From Candidatus Atabeyarchaeum deiterrae (GTDB lineage: Archaea > Asgardarchaeota > Atabeyarchaeia > Atabeyarchaeales > Atabeyarchaeaceae): 64,000 nucleotides of DNA. The notes below the pieces were generated by a model, which was given only the letters and a program-made list of their open reading frames with translations, was not told the origin of the DNA and searched no databases. Within the stretch, counting starts at the first letter, position 1. Each line of letters begins with the position of its first letter. Below, piece by piece: positions 30,455-40,520 of the stretch. Location of the stretch: positions 32,001 through 96,000 of the forward strand of contig CP147780.1 in assembly GCA_037310415.1 (NCBI GenBank), written 5' to 3'. Made by a program: the position numbers and the translations under genes.

Positions 30455-30808
30455 TTGGGCGGTGGATCCAAGAAGAAATCCGTGTCGATGGCTGAAAAAG
30501 CACAGGATAGGCAATTGAAGAAGGAAGGCGAAGTCAAGGAGAAGAAGGAGTCCAGCGAACAGAAGAAGGGTCCGCGATCAGTAGTGGTCAGTGAAGATCT
30601 CATGAAAACCATCAGGAAAGAAGCCGTGAAAATGAATGCAGTAACACCATATACTTTGGCATCGAAATATGGCTTGAAGACTAGCATAGCGAAGGAAATA
30701 CTCAGAGAACTTGCGTCAAGCAATTTACTGAGAAAGGTTACCAGCAACCGCAGGACGATCGTGTACGCTCCCGTTCAAGCCAAACCGGGAGAGGCCGCTG
30801 CGGCGTGA
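30455..30808 (+). CDS. rps25e: 30S ribosomal protein S25e (eS25)
   Basis: MGGGSKKKS..., VTPYTLASKYGLKTSIAKEILREL. Confidence 0.9.
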   Translation: MGGGSKKKSVSMAEKAQDRQLKKEGEVKEKKESSEQKKGPRSVVVSEDLMKTIRKEAVKMNAVTPYTLASKYGLKTSIAKEILRELASSNLLRKVTSNRRTIVYAPVQAKPGEAAAA

Positions 30809-30897
30809 TTGAACTTGTGAAACGAGAAATCTCTTGAATTAAGAACACAAGCGTGAGCTAGGGGTCAGTCCATTTGCTCGTGCCAGGGGGTTCCTCC

Positions 30898-31272
30898 ATG
30901 TCAGATCTGAGCCGATTCAAGGTTGTTTTCAGAATTCAAGGTGTGGGAGAGGCACGGGGAGAATTGATCCGCATGAAAGCGCCTCTTACGGCCGAGAGTG
31001 TGTGGCGTGCTATTCCTATAGTTGGGCAAGCAGGCGTATGGAGGAATGCTGAGGTCTATTTCCCGGCAGGAATCAATAGAGGTCTGGAAAGGGCCACCAA
31101 GGAAATTGAGCAAGGAGACATTGCATATTGGCCTCTTGGCAACGCCATATGCGTGTTCTATGACAAGGTCCAGCCTTACTCTGATGTAAGCATTATCGGA
31201 AAAATCGTTGAAGGTCTGAGGAGCTTCGCCAAGGTCAAAGTCGGGACAACCATCACTCTGGACAAAGCGTAG
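30898..31272 (+). CDS. Cyclophilin-like fold protein (DUF369-like)
   Basis: APLT...I..A.PI, EVYFP.GI, GDIAYWPLGNAICVFY. Confidence 0.8.
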   Translation: MSDLSRFKVVFRIQGVGEARGELIRMKAPLTAESVWRAIPIVGQAGVWRNAEVYFPAGINRGLERATKEIEQGDIAYWPLGNAICVFYDKVQPYSDVSIIGKIVEGLRSFAKVKVGTTITLDKA

Positions 31273-31505
31273 ATCGGAAGGACAGAACAAGTCCCTTTAC
31301 CATTCAGTCATATAGAAACTTCCAACACCTGAAAGCTTTTCAGAGAATATGGGGAGCAACGCTACTAATACTGCTTCTCATCTCGAACCCAACAAAATCA
31401 AAATAACTCACTCAACCACAGAAGAAACCCTCGAATTCGTTCAGTGCCAAACACCTAAGGATGGTGGCATAACGGAGATCAGGACAAACTTCACTCTCAG
31501 AGAAA

Positions 31506-32909
31506 ATGAACAGGAGAGGAGAGAGTATTCCAAGAGAAAAGGGAGAAATCTCATTAGACAAGTTATTTGAGCCCAAAACCGTTGCTCTGGTGGGATCATC
31601 GAAGTTGGCAGACAGAGTCGGGATGATGAACCCGCGCGTTTTTGATTCTGTATATCACAACCTCATGAAGTTCTTCAGAGGAAAGACAATGAAGTTTGAC
31701 ATTGGTGAAGACGTCAGCCAGTTTCGAAAAGGTTCCGTCAAGGCCGACTTGGCTGTAATAACCTTGTCAGCCAAGCTGGCGATTAGGGTTCTTGAGGTAT
31801 GTGGAAAGAATGGTGTGAAGGCGGCAATTGTCATTCCCGGGGGATTTAAAGACTTTGAAAGGAGTGAGCTGATCGAAACCGCTTCCAGAAACGGGATCAG
31901 GGTACTTGGTCCCAATGCGATCATGGGTGTGGTCAACACAGGAAATGGGTTGAATACCACATTTGAGAAAGATCTTATGCCTAAACGCGGAGGCATATCT
32001 GTTCTCAGCCAAAGTGGCGGCGTTGGAGCAGCACTCATAGATTGGGCGATTTTCTATGGAGAAGGCATTAGCAAGTTTATTTGGCTTGGCGATAAGGCTG
32101 ACGTCTCTGAGGTCGAATTGCTAGACTACCTGGGTCAAGATGAAGATACCAAAGTCATTACGATGTATCTTGAGAGTGTCAAAGATGGCCGCAGATTTCT
32201 GAAAACGGTAAGGCAGGTGACTGAAAGAAAACCGATTGTGGTACTCAAGGGCGGAGTTTCTGAAGAGGCAAAAGCTAGGGCGCTGAGCCACACGGCAGCG
32301 ATAAGCGCCGGAAGCGATATGATATTCAGAGTCGGAGCCAAGCAGAATGGCGCCATCGTTGTTGATTCAATGGAGAAACTGTTCATTGCAGGTGAAGTTC
32401 TTGAGAAACAGCCTCCGATGAAGGGAAACCAAGTGCTAATAGTGTCGAACGTCGGAGGCCCCGCTGTTCTTGCTGCCGATGCAGTTCAGCAGTATGGATT
32501 GAGACTCGCTAAACTCTCAGAAGAAACAGGCAGAAGAATAGAAGCGAAATACCCCGGGGTTGAATCGATAAACCCTCTTGACATTATTGCCGACGCGAGA
32601 GCCGATCGCTATGAGGATATTCTGGAGAACTCAATGGCAGAAGACCAGGTTAGCGGCGTTATGGTGATCAACATGTTGAAATCGTGTCTCACACTTCCTG
32701 AAGATGTCAAGGTTATTGCGGAAGTGGCTTCGAGACACCCAGACAAGCCTATCGTGGATTGTATTCCCGGCGGTGATGATTATGAGAAGATACGTGAAAC
32801 TCTGAGTGACACAACGGTGCCTGTGTTTAACACGCCTGATAAGGCTGTCTTTGCACTCAAGATACTCAGTGAGTATGGTGAATATCTCTCAAGAATCAGA
32901 AAGAAATAA
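31506..32909 (+). CDS. ADP-forming acyl-CoA synthetase alpha subunit (CoA-binding)
   Basis: LFEPKTVALVG, RVLGPN, SQSGG, GDKADV, YLES, LKGG, SHT (phospho-His), NVGGPAVLAAD, NPLD. Confidence 0.9.
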   Translation: MNRRGESIPREKGEISLDKLFEPKTVALVGSSKLADRVGMMNPRVFDSVYHNLMKFFRGKTMKFDIGEDVSQFRKGSVKADLAVITLSAKLAIRVLEVCGKNGVKAAIVIPGGFKDFERSELIETASRNGIRVLGPNAIMGVVNTGNGLNTTFEKDLMPKRGGISVLSQSGGVGAALIDWAIFYGEGISKFIWLGDKADVSEVELLDYLGQDEDTKVITMYLESVKDGRRFLKTVRQVTERKPIVVLKGGVSEEAKARALSHTAAISAGSDMIFRVGAKQNGAIVVDSMEKLFIAGEVLEKQPPMKGNQVLIVSNVGGPAVLAADAVQQYGLRLAKLSEETGRRIEAKYPGVESINPLDIIADARADRYEDILENSMAEDQVSGVMVINMLKSCLTLPEDVKVIAEVASRHPDKPIVDCIPGGDDYEKIRETLSDTTVPVFNTPDKAVFALKILSEYGEYLSRIRKK

Positions 32910-32988
32910 CTCGTGGAGTGACTCCTTCCCGATAAATGATCGGTGCCTGTCTTCTCTCAGAAGAATCAGTTTCCGAACTCATGTAATT

Positions 32989-34317
32989 CTATAACTTGAT
33001 CTTCTTTAGAAAATTCGAGACTACGTCGTCGAGGTTTGGCTTAGTTATCTCCTCAAGTTCGTAAGAGACTTTCGCCAGTGGTTTGTCAATTTTCATTATC
33101 CTGTTGAGGTCTATTGGTGTGGCCGAGAGCACTGTGTCGCAGGGCGTGGCCTTGATCGTCTTCTCAAGGTCCTTTATCTGTTCTGGGGAGTAGCCCATTG
33201 TTGGCAATAGTGCCCCTACCTGCTTGTACTTGTTGAACGTGTCTTTTATTGATCCAGCGGCGTAGGGATGTGGATCTATTATCTTTGCTTTCATTTGCTT
33301 CGCCGCGACAGTTCCCGCCCCATAAGGGGTTTGTCCATGTGTGACGGTGGGGCCGTCTTCAATGACTAATACGCTCTTACCTTTGACTAGTTCTGGTCTG
33401 TCTATCTTTATTGCTGATTTTGCCTCAATAATCTCCGCCTTTGGATTCACTTTCTTAATATTGGATTTGATGAGTTCGACATCTTCCTTTTTTGCTACGT
33501 CAACTTTGTTTATCACTACCACATCTGACATGATCACGTTTGCTTCTCCGGGATAGGCTCCAACCTCTTGTCCAGGTCTTAATGCATCCGCCACAGTGAT
33601 CAGTAGGTCAGGCACGTAGAAAGACATGTCATTGTTACCGCCATCCCAGAGGATTACTTGAGCTTCCTTCTCAGCTTGGCGAAGTATCCTTTCGTAGTCA
33701 ACTCCAGCATATACTATTGTTCCAGCAGATATGTGAGGCTCATACTCTTCTCTTTCCTCGATGGTGCAGCGGGCTTTGTCCATATCTTCCAGCGTCGCGA
33801 ATCTCTGAACAGCCTGCGAAGCAATATTAGGATCGTAGGGCATTGGGTGGCGAACAGCGACGAGTTCTATGCCTCTGTTCCGAAGAATCCTTGCTATCCT
33901 CCTAGTCGCTGTGCTCTTGCCAGCACCTGTTCTTACTGCACATATTCCTATGACTGGAACCTTAGATTTCAGGCAGGTAGACTTAGGTCCCATTAACCTA
34001 AAATCCGCACCCGAGGCTAAAACCACGGAGGCTTTGTGCATGACAAGGTCGTAGGTGAGGTCACTATAAGCCAGGATGACTTCATCCACTCCATGTTTCT
34101 TAACGAGTTCCGCCAATTCCTCTTCCGGACGAACAGGAACCCCATTTGGATACAGTTTCCCTGAAAGCTCAGGAGGATAAGTTCTGCATTCGATTCCAGG
34201 TATTTGGGTCGCGGTAAATGCGACAACCTCAAAATTCCTATTGTCCCTGAAGAACACGTTGAAGTTGTGAAAATCCCTTCCTGCAGCACCCATTATGATT
34301 ACTTTCCGCCTCTCCAT
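32989..34317 (-). CDS. COG2403 P-loop ligase (cDPG-synthetase-like / arginine synthetase ArcE-like)
   Basis: IIMGAAGRDFHNFN, AVRTGAGKS, RHPMPY, TIEEREEYEPH, WDGGNND, EDGPT.THG. Confidence 0.85.
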   Translation of the reverse strand: MERRKVIIMGAAGRDFHNFNVFFRDNRNFEVVAFTATQIPGIECRTYPPELSGKLYPNGVPVRPEEELAELVKKHGVDEVILAYSDLTYDLVMHKASVVLASGADFRLMGPKSTCLKSKVPVIGICAVRTGAGKSTATRRIARILRNRGIELVAVRHPMPYDPNIASQAVQRFATLEDMDKARCTIEEREEYEPHISAGTIVYAGVDYERILRQAEKEAQVILWDGGNNDMSFYVPDLLITVADALRPGQEVGAYPGEANVIMSDVVVINKVDVAKKEDVELIKSNIKKVNPKAEIIEAKSAIKIDRPELVKGKSVLVIEDGPTVTHGQTPYGAGTVAAKQMKAKIIDPHPYAAGSIKDTFNKYKQVGALLPTMGYSPEQIKDLEKTIKATPCDTVLSATPIDLNRIMKIDKPLAKVSYELEEITKPNLDDVVSNFLKKIKL

Positions 34318-34536
34318 CTCGAACCCTTCCTAGGCCAGTCTTCAGTACCTGAGATCTGCTCATCCCATTAACTGAAACGCGGATTTATCGGCGTCATAGT
34401 TGATGAGTAACATTCGCAATGATGACGAAGATGACTAGCTCAAGGGCGATTTAAAAAGGTATTGTATTGAAAATTCAAGCAAGGTCTGCTCAAAAAAGTC
34501 GGAAACAGTCAAAAAGCAAGAGGATTTCTAATCCTA

Positions 34537-34568
34537 TCAAGGCTCTCATGTTCCTCCCAGAGCCTTGA
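34537..34568. repeat. 10-bp perfect inverted repeat (hairpin) in intergenic DNA
   Basis: TCAAGGCTCT (34537-34546) / AGAGCCTTGA (34559-34568). Confidence 0.5.
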
Positions 34569-34710
34569 ACGAAAAATCAATTCACGTTCCAACTCATAGT
34601 CCCAGCGAGCAGGCATATAACATTCGAAACCAGATGCACACATTTTTCTCGCCCATCGATAGGTAACTGGCAGATCAATTCTTCAACGCCGTGCACGACG
34701 GAGTGAGGGT

Positions 34711-34965
34711 TCATGATTTTGTCCAGTATTCCACTCCGCAGTGTTCACAAACCACTTTCTGCCTGAATTTGCCGGACGAAGAATAGTAGACTTCTATTTT
34801 GAAGTTGCTGTCACAAGACGCGCATCTGCATTCTGGGCCTGCGTCTTTGACCTCGATGAGTATCAGATCCTTTTCCGGTTCGCTGTTGTCTTTGAGTTTC
34901 TTTTGGAGGATGTCCTTCCAGCATGTACCTTCGGCATTCGTCACATTTGATTCCTCACAGTTCAA
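34711..34965 (-). CDS. Small zinc-ribbon protein
   Basis: CASC...CEHC pairs; start uncertain. Confidence 0.5.
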   Translation of the reverse strand: MNCEESNVTNAEGTCWKDILQKKLKDNSEPEKDLILIEVKDAGPECRCASCDSNFKIEVYYSSSGKFRQKVVCEHCGVEYWTKS

Positions 34966-35303
34966 AAATCAGAACCTGTATCACATCTTCCTTCGATTCG
35001 TTCGATTAGTCTACTTCCAGAAAATAGCATGTTCCCGAAGTGACATCGCGGAGGACTGCGAGTCAATTCAAGTATCACAGATCTAACCTGACCATATTAA
35101 GTTTTTGTGACTTTCTGAAGTTCAGCCCATTTCAGATGCAAAGTTATCAAAAGCGGAGATACACCGTTTTCGATCACACCGCAAAGTATCGCAAAAAAGA
35201 AAAGCGTATTAGGATTTCGATACTGCGGAATCGGGCAGCGAAACCGCATCACCAACTCATACCCAACGAAGTCAGCGCTAGCTTTATTGTAAGCGTAGGT
35301 CTT

Positions 35304-35672
35304 TCATTCTTTCTGCACTGTTATGCTGATCGTGGACACGTTTCTTGTTCTTCCGTCTTCTTCCTTGATTGCTTCTGTCCCGATTTCTATTGCCTTGACT
35401 TTGCATTTTCCTTGCAGAAATCTTGTTCTGGCTATTTCAACGACGTCAACGGCCTTTGAGATAGCTCTACCACGGGCTTTGATGGAAATGTCGCCCGGGC
35501 TCTTGTTGAACTGAAAGACTGTCGCAACGACGTAGTTCATGGTGTCTTTGTTCCCCACAAAGATCACATTCTCAGGGGAACGCTCACCTTGGTACGAACG
35601 TTCTTTCGGAGGAGCACGCTCCCTTGGAGCTTCAGCTGCTGCTTCTTGATCCGTTCTCTTTTTTCCAGGCAT
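35304..35672 (-). CDS. albA: DNA/RNA-binding protein Alba with charged N-terminal extension
   Basis: IFVGNK.TMNYV, IKARGRAISKAVDVVE, RNVSTISI. Confidence 0.95.
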   Translation of the reverse strand: MPGKKRTDQEAAAEAPRERAPPKERSYQGERSPENVIFVGNKDTMNYVVATVFQFNKSPGDISIKARGRAISKAVDVVEIARTRFLQGKCKVKAIEIGTEAIKEEDGRTRNVSTISITVQKE

Positions 35673-36065
35673 TTTTGGTCACACTCTATCTACAAGTCTC
35701 GACTCATCGTTTCCGTTTGGGTAAGTAACAGTCCAGCTCTGTTAGAGTTCTTCACTCTGTTTTGGATTAGAGAAATGTACGCATATTTAATCCTTTTCCA
35801 GTAGAGCTCATGATCCATAGGTGTGGAAATTTGCCCCCCTATTCTTCTGCTTCGGTCAAACGCTCACCCATAACTGCGATGGCACATTGTTGAAGTGTCT
35901 TTTTGCGCATATCAATATGTTTTTAGGGAGCGAGGATGGACTGATGCATTATGGTGTGAGACGCGGAGGTATATCTTACAGTTGATCAGACAACCGATTC
36001 TTACAAACAAGGTGAGTCTCGAAGGGAGAAAGGTATCTTCGCGGCAGGTGACCACGCGAAAGCCT

Positions 36066-36575
36066 ATGAAAATGCTTCTTGTAATGGGAGTATTTCTTTA
36101 TTTAGCGCTCAGCAGGATTCTCCTTGCTGGTCAGATAATCTACAACTTCAATGCTTACGCTCAAGCTTATCCCCAATTGGCCACAACTCTACTTGCGCTC
36201 GACGGTGTTGAAATCATCATCGCCGTCATACTCATTCTAGGACTCTACTCCGCTTTGGTGTATCGGAGAAGTTACTTAGGTAAGATTGCCTGTTTGGCAA
36301 TGATTATCGCAGGAATTGTTGATCCACTTAGTCAGTTTGGTCTTATTGAGAGCGCGCTTGGAGCGTTTCTATTCTTCATATTCACGATGCGGGACGTCAA
36401 GAACGCCTATGCACTGAAAGAGGGGCGTCCGATAGAGAAAGAGGGAGTAGAATCTGCCGATTTGACTTATCCCCGAGAGAAACGGAAGGTGGGCGTGATA
36501 TGCCCGAAGTGTGGGATGCATTTGCCTCCATCAGCGACGGTATGCCGCCGCTGTGGAACAAGAATACCATACTAA
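36066..36575 (+). CDS. Membrane protein with C-terminal zinc ribbon
   Basis: About 4 TM segments, then CPKCG...CRRCG; start uncertain (ORF track 35895). Confidence 0.65.
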   Translation: MKMLLVMGVFLYLALSRILLAGQIIYNFNAYAQAYPQLATTLLALDGVEIIIAVILILGLYSALVYRRSYLGKIACLAMIIAGIVDPLSQFGLIESALGAFLFFIFTMRDVKNAYALKEGRPIEKEGVESADLTYPREKRKVGVICPKCGMHLPPSATVCRRCGTRIPY

Positions 36576-36643
36576 CAGATTTGAAAGAGCAGACACAATG
36601 ACTGACATTCAAGAGATGAATAGTATCAGGAGAGGATTACGGT

Positions 36644-37033
36644 TTGGGGATAGTTAAGAATAGTTCGTTGGTCTTGTTGTTACTAGTAAGCGCACTTTTG
36701 ATTCTGCCGTATATGATTCCAGGATTTGAATGGACGCTGGAGGAGCTTCTGGTGCTGTACGGCTTTGGATTCGCTTGCATTATCCTATACTTCGCTACAA
36801 GCTCAAGCCCGAAAAAGGGCGAGAAAAGACCTGCTCAGGGCAAAGACGTTCAGTTCAAGACGGTGACCTCAGTTGCATGCTACAAATGTGATTTCAAAGA
36901 AGAAAGAGAATTCAGTAGAGGCGACTACGTCGGCAAAACTGTTGGCAAATGCCCCAAGTGCAATGGCGAAAGCTACATCAAAACCATTTACGCGATTGAA
37001 GAAAAGAAAGGAAAACATGCTCAGACTCCTTGA
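36644..37033 (+). CDS. Two-TM protein with zinc ribbon
   Basis: 2 TM; CYKC..REF..GDYV...GKCPKC. Confidence 0.7.
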   Translation: MGIVKNSSLVLLLLVSALLILPYMIPGFEWTLEELLVLYGFGFACIILYFATSSSPKKGEKRPAQGKDVQFKTVTSVACYKCDFKEEREFSRGDYVGKTVGKCPKCNGESYIKTIYAIEEKKGKHAQTP

Positions 37034-37059
37034 GTGACAAAACTACTTTTCCCCCCTTC

Positions 37060-37515
37060 TTATTCTGGGGGAGCAGTTATGCCCATTTTGTCCAGTGTTT
37101 TCCTGAGCCAGTAGTTGTCTTCTATCAAATAGGAGAACTTGGCATAGATTTCCTGCTTTGCTTTTTTATTGCCGCCTTCGATTACCTTGATCAGTTCCTT
37201 TCCTAACTTAATGTTGTCGGTTCCACCAAGTCCCTTGGTATCGGCCAGCTTCACGGCTTTCGAGGCCTCTTCTTTGTTGCCTGAACGCAGCAATATGATG
37301 GTAGCGCAGAGGAATGAATCAGATGCTCCTGTCTTGTCTTTTCCCTTTATGCTTTCTTCAGCCGAGTTGAGAAAGCATTGTGAAGCCTTGCTGAAGTCTT
37401 TGGTATCGGAGTAGCAGAAACCAGCGCTCTTCCAACGTTCCGCGGTAATGGTATGGTCACCAGTTTTCGCCTCAGCTTCAGCTTCTTCAGTGAAGTTTTT
37501 GCACTCGTCGGACAA
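37060..37515 (-). CDS. SNAP/TPR-like helical protein
   Basis: AERWKSAGFCYSDTKDFSKASQCFLNSAEESIKGKDKTGASDSFLCA resembles alpha/gamma-SNAP repeats; TTG start behind GAGGTG. Confidence 0.6.
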   Translation of the reverse strand: MSDECKNFTEEAEAEAKTGDHTITAERWKSAGFCYSDTKDFSKASQCFLNSAEESIKGKDKTGASDSFLCATIILLRSGNKEEASKAVKLADTKGLGGTDNIKLGKELIKVIEGGNKKAKQEIYAKFSYLIEDNYWLRKTLDKMGITAPPE

Positions 37516-37719
37516 AAAGGCATGCACCTCTTCTCTTGAGTATTTCTTTCGTTGATGAGACTGCGTACGACCTTAAAAAGCTATTCTCTGATGAGGGAAA
37601 GAGTCTAAATAACCGAATTGGTAATCTCTGGGAGGGACTCTCTGAGTCATGTTCTCTTTGATATGACGGCGGATGGCAGCTATTGTTACGAATCTCAGCA
37701 ATAAGGGAGAGAGAAGCGT

Positions 37720-38583
37720 TTGCGAGTTGCATTGAGTACGAGTTGCTTTCTGGAGAAATATGAGGGATACATAGCTCAGTCAGAGGTCCCTGAGAGTGTT
37801 GTCAACAATTCTGATTTGGAGCTGCAGATTGACAGAGGTTTCACCTTCAACGACTTCGCCAAGGCTCATGTGAAATCTATCCACCTTCCTTTTGCTCGAT
37901 TCATACCAGCCATGAAAGGCGGCAGAAGGGTTTGCCTCGAAGGGAGAAACGTGAACATAGCAAGCATAGATGAGAAAAAATGGATACGCGATCTCGAGTA
38001 CTACAAAGATGTAATAAAGCTGTCTCGCGGAAGAGGAATCGAGAACGCCATAGTGCACTATGGCAACTGCACCTGTGGTGGGGAGGCCTACAAGAATCCG
38101 CATCATAGGGAGCTCCACTGGAAGATGGAAGTAAGGTTTCTAAAAGAAGTTAGTAGAGACTTGAAGGAGGCTGGGATAAGATTACTCGTGGAGAACCATC
38201 CGTACCAGGATCGAGTCTTCAAGAATCATGGCACGCATATTCAGAGGATTATCGATGAGAAAGTGGCTCATCTTTGTTTGGATCTTCCTCATGCTTTCAT
38301 AAGACATTCCAAGTTTGGCGATGAGGAGCCTATGAAGTTAATAGAGAAGTTTTACAGGAGTATTTTTGAGATACACCTTGCTGATAATGATGGGGAAGTG
38401 AACGAGTCACTTAGTTTGGGAACTGGGAAAATGCCTTGGCAGAAGCTTATCGATGCTATCGGCGACAAACAGAGGAATATGCTTGTTGTTCTGGAGTTGC
38501 ATGGTGATCCGATGCCATCCATGGATCAGCTCAAAGCGCACATAATAGAAAACGACGCAGAAATGGGCACAGGGAAGACGTGA
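37720..38583 (+). CDS. Sugar phosphate isomerase/epimerase (AP endonuclease 2-type TIM barrel)
   Basis: SIHLP, LLVEN, LCLDLPHA, EIHLADNDG, LGTG..PW, VLE. Confidence 0.85.
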   Translation: MRVALSTSCFLEKYEGYIAQSEVPESVVNNSDLELQIDRGFTFNDFAKAHVKSIHLPFARFIPAMKGGRRVCLEGRNVNIASIDEKKWIRDLEYYKDVIKLSRGRGIENAIVHYGNCTCGGEAYKNPHHRELHWKMEVRFLKEVSRDLKEAGIRLLVENHPYQDRVFKNHGTHIQRIIDEKVAHLCLDLPHAFIRHSKFGDEEPMKLIEKFYRSIFEIHLADNDGEVNESLSLGTGKMPWQKLIDAIGDKQRNMLVVLELHGDPMPSMDQLKAHIIENDAEMGTGKT

Positions 38584-38801
38584 TGCGGATCTGATGAGGG
38601 TAGGAGTCCTTATTTTTCCGTTTCTTCTTGATTCTTCCTTCTGAAGATCAGCTAAACTGAGCATCGTTCATGAGCTGGGCTCATGCACTCATTTCTGATC
38701 TCGCCGTAGTGCCCGATCAAAAACCTATTAATATAGGTTGCTGGATAAACGAAATCGCGATAATATGGCTTTACAGTATTCACTTGGAGGGTCTGAGATT
38801 A

Positions 38802-40001
38802 TTGAGAAAGGTAGCAATTGTCGGAGCAGGTTTAACACGGTTCTCTGCTTCAAGACACGACGCAAACCAAGAAGAGATGCTCGCCGAGGCGATGAGACAA
38901 GCCACAGAAAATATGGGGACCACGTGGAGTGATTTGCGCAACGAGGTCAACATGGGAATAGGATCTTATTGTAGTGATTTCTTCAATCAGCAGCTGATGT
39001 TCGGCGCGACAGTCCAAGACTACTTTGGGCTGTGCCCAAGATCAAACGTAAGAGTTGAAGCTGTCGGCGCTACTGGCGGGCAGGCGATACGGACTGCTTA
39101 TGCGTATATAGCTGCAAACACTCTGTACGATGTTATTGTCGTGTTCAGTTGGGAGAAGATGTCAGAGGTCAACTATGAGCAGGCGTTGGACTTCCTGGGA
39201 AGAAACTTGGATCTTGATTTTGAATACTATCCTCTAGGAGTCACCATCCCTACGATACATGGTATGATGGCGCAAGCTTACACTAGGAAGTACGGCACTG
39301 GTAGAGAGCAGATCGCCAAGGTGGCCATCAAGAATAGGAAGAATGCATTAGGAAACCCATTCGCAGGATTTGGAGCAGAAATCGGTGTTGAGGATGTACT
39401 GAATTCTAAGCTCCTTTACAGTCCTCTGGGAGAGTTGGATTTTGCTCCAGCTTCCGATGGAGCAGCGGTTCTAGTATTGGCATCAGAGGAAAAGGCAAAG
39501 CAGTTTACAGACACTCCCATATGGATCTCTGGAACTGGCTGCGGAACAGATAAGACGTTTTACAGAAGAACCCGAGATGAAATACCAGCACTAAATTCGA
39601 CCAAGGTAGCCGCCGAGCAGGCTTACAAGATGGCTGGAATAGGAAACCCAGTAAAGGAACTTGACTTTGCTGAAGTCTATGACATGTCAACGATCTATGA
39701 GATCATGGCTTACGAGTCGCTGGGGTTCTGCGCCAAGGGTGAAGGAACTAGACTTCTTGATGAAGGATTGACTGAGAAAGATGGAGAGCTTCCTGTCAAC
39801 GTTGGAGGAGGATGCTTTGGGGCAGGCACGGCGTTAGGAGCAATTGGAGTAAAACAAGCGGTTGAGGCTTTTTGGCAGTTGAGAGGCGAAGCAGACAAGC
39901 GACTCAAGAGTGGCATGCAGGTTGAAGACGCGGAGAAAGCCCTATTACATGTAGAGTCAGGATACGGCGCTTATGGCGTGGTTCACATACTGGAGAAGTG
40001 A
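38802..40001 (+). CDS. Thiolase-family protein (SCP2/Ltp-like, catalytic residues degenerate)
   Basis: KVAIVGAG, KNRKNA..NP.A, SDGAA, LPVNVGGG; EAVGATGG lacks the Cys and EVYD/GTALGA lack the His residues; TTG start. Confidence 0.85.
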   Translation: MRKVAIVGAGLTRFSASRHDANQEEMLAEAMRQATENMGTTWSDLRNEVNMGIGSYCSDFFNQQLMFGATVQDYFGLCPRSNVRVEAVGATGGQAIRTAYAYIAANTLYDVIVVFSWEKMSEVNYEQALDFLGRNLDLDFEYYPLGVTIPTIHGMMAQAYTRKYGTGREQIAKVAIKNRKNALGNPFAGFGAEIGVEDVLNSKLLYSPLGELDFAPASDGAAVLVLASEEKAKQFTDTPIWISGTGCGTDKTFYRRTRDEIPALNSTKVAAEQAYKMAGIGNPVKELDFAEVYDMSTIYEIMAYESLGFCAKGEGTRLLDEGLTEKDGELPVNVGGGCFGAGTALGAIGVKQAVEAFWQLRGEADKRLKSGMQVEDAEKALLHVESGYGAYGVVHILEK

Positions 40002-40049
40002 GTAGAAGGCAAGACACGCAATAAGATGTGATATGAGGAGGATTAAAGC

Positions 40050-40514
40050 ATGACAAGAATCTCCAAGACAGAACCTTTGACAATAGTGAAAGATTACAGA
40101 ATAAGATACCAATCCACGTTAGGAGAGGTATCGAAGTTCTTCCTAGACATGGCGAATGAGGGGAAGGTCATGGGAACCCGATGCGAAAAATGCGGGAAAA
40201 CGTATGTCCCCCCTTACCCAAACTGTCCTGACTGCTTCGGCAAAACAAGTTGGGTTGAGGCGCCTAGCAGCGGAGTGGTAGAAGCTTTCACAGTATGCTA
40301 TACGCAGCCTCGCCACTTCAAGAGAAAGCTGCCCTATACGATCGCGTACGTAAGGTTGGACGGGGTAGATACACTGCTCCCAGGTGTGCTCGAAGGCGAT
40401 TCAAGCAAGGTTGAAGAAGGAGCCAAGGTCGCCCTGAAAACAAGGACTCCAAAGAGTGGGTCCAGATGGGGAGTATACGAATCAGACTACTACTTCGAAT
40501 TGGTTAAGGAGTGA
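40050..40514 (+). CDS. DUF35 Zn-ribbon OB-fold protein (thiolase partner)
   Basis: RCEKCG..YVPP...CPDC, PYTIAYVRLDG. Confidence 0.9.
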   Translation: MTRISKTEPLTIVKDYRIRYQSTLGEVSKFFLDMANEGKVMGTRCEKCGKTYVPPYPNCPDCFGKTSWVEAPSSGVVEAFTVCYTQPRHFKRKLPYTIAYVRLDGVDTLLPGVLEGDSSKVEEGAKVALKTRTPKSGSRWGVYESDYYFELVKE

Positions 40515-40520
40515 GAGGAA

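Noticed and set aside
31349-31570. 73-aa ORF before the acyl-CoA synthetase
   Set aside because: Overlaps the downstream gene out of frame and has no recognisable features.
34399-34450. C/D-box sRNA candidate (TTGATGA...ATGATGA)
   Set aside because: No properly placed CTGA D or D' boxes.
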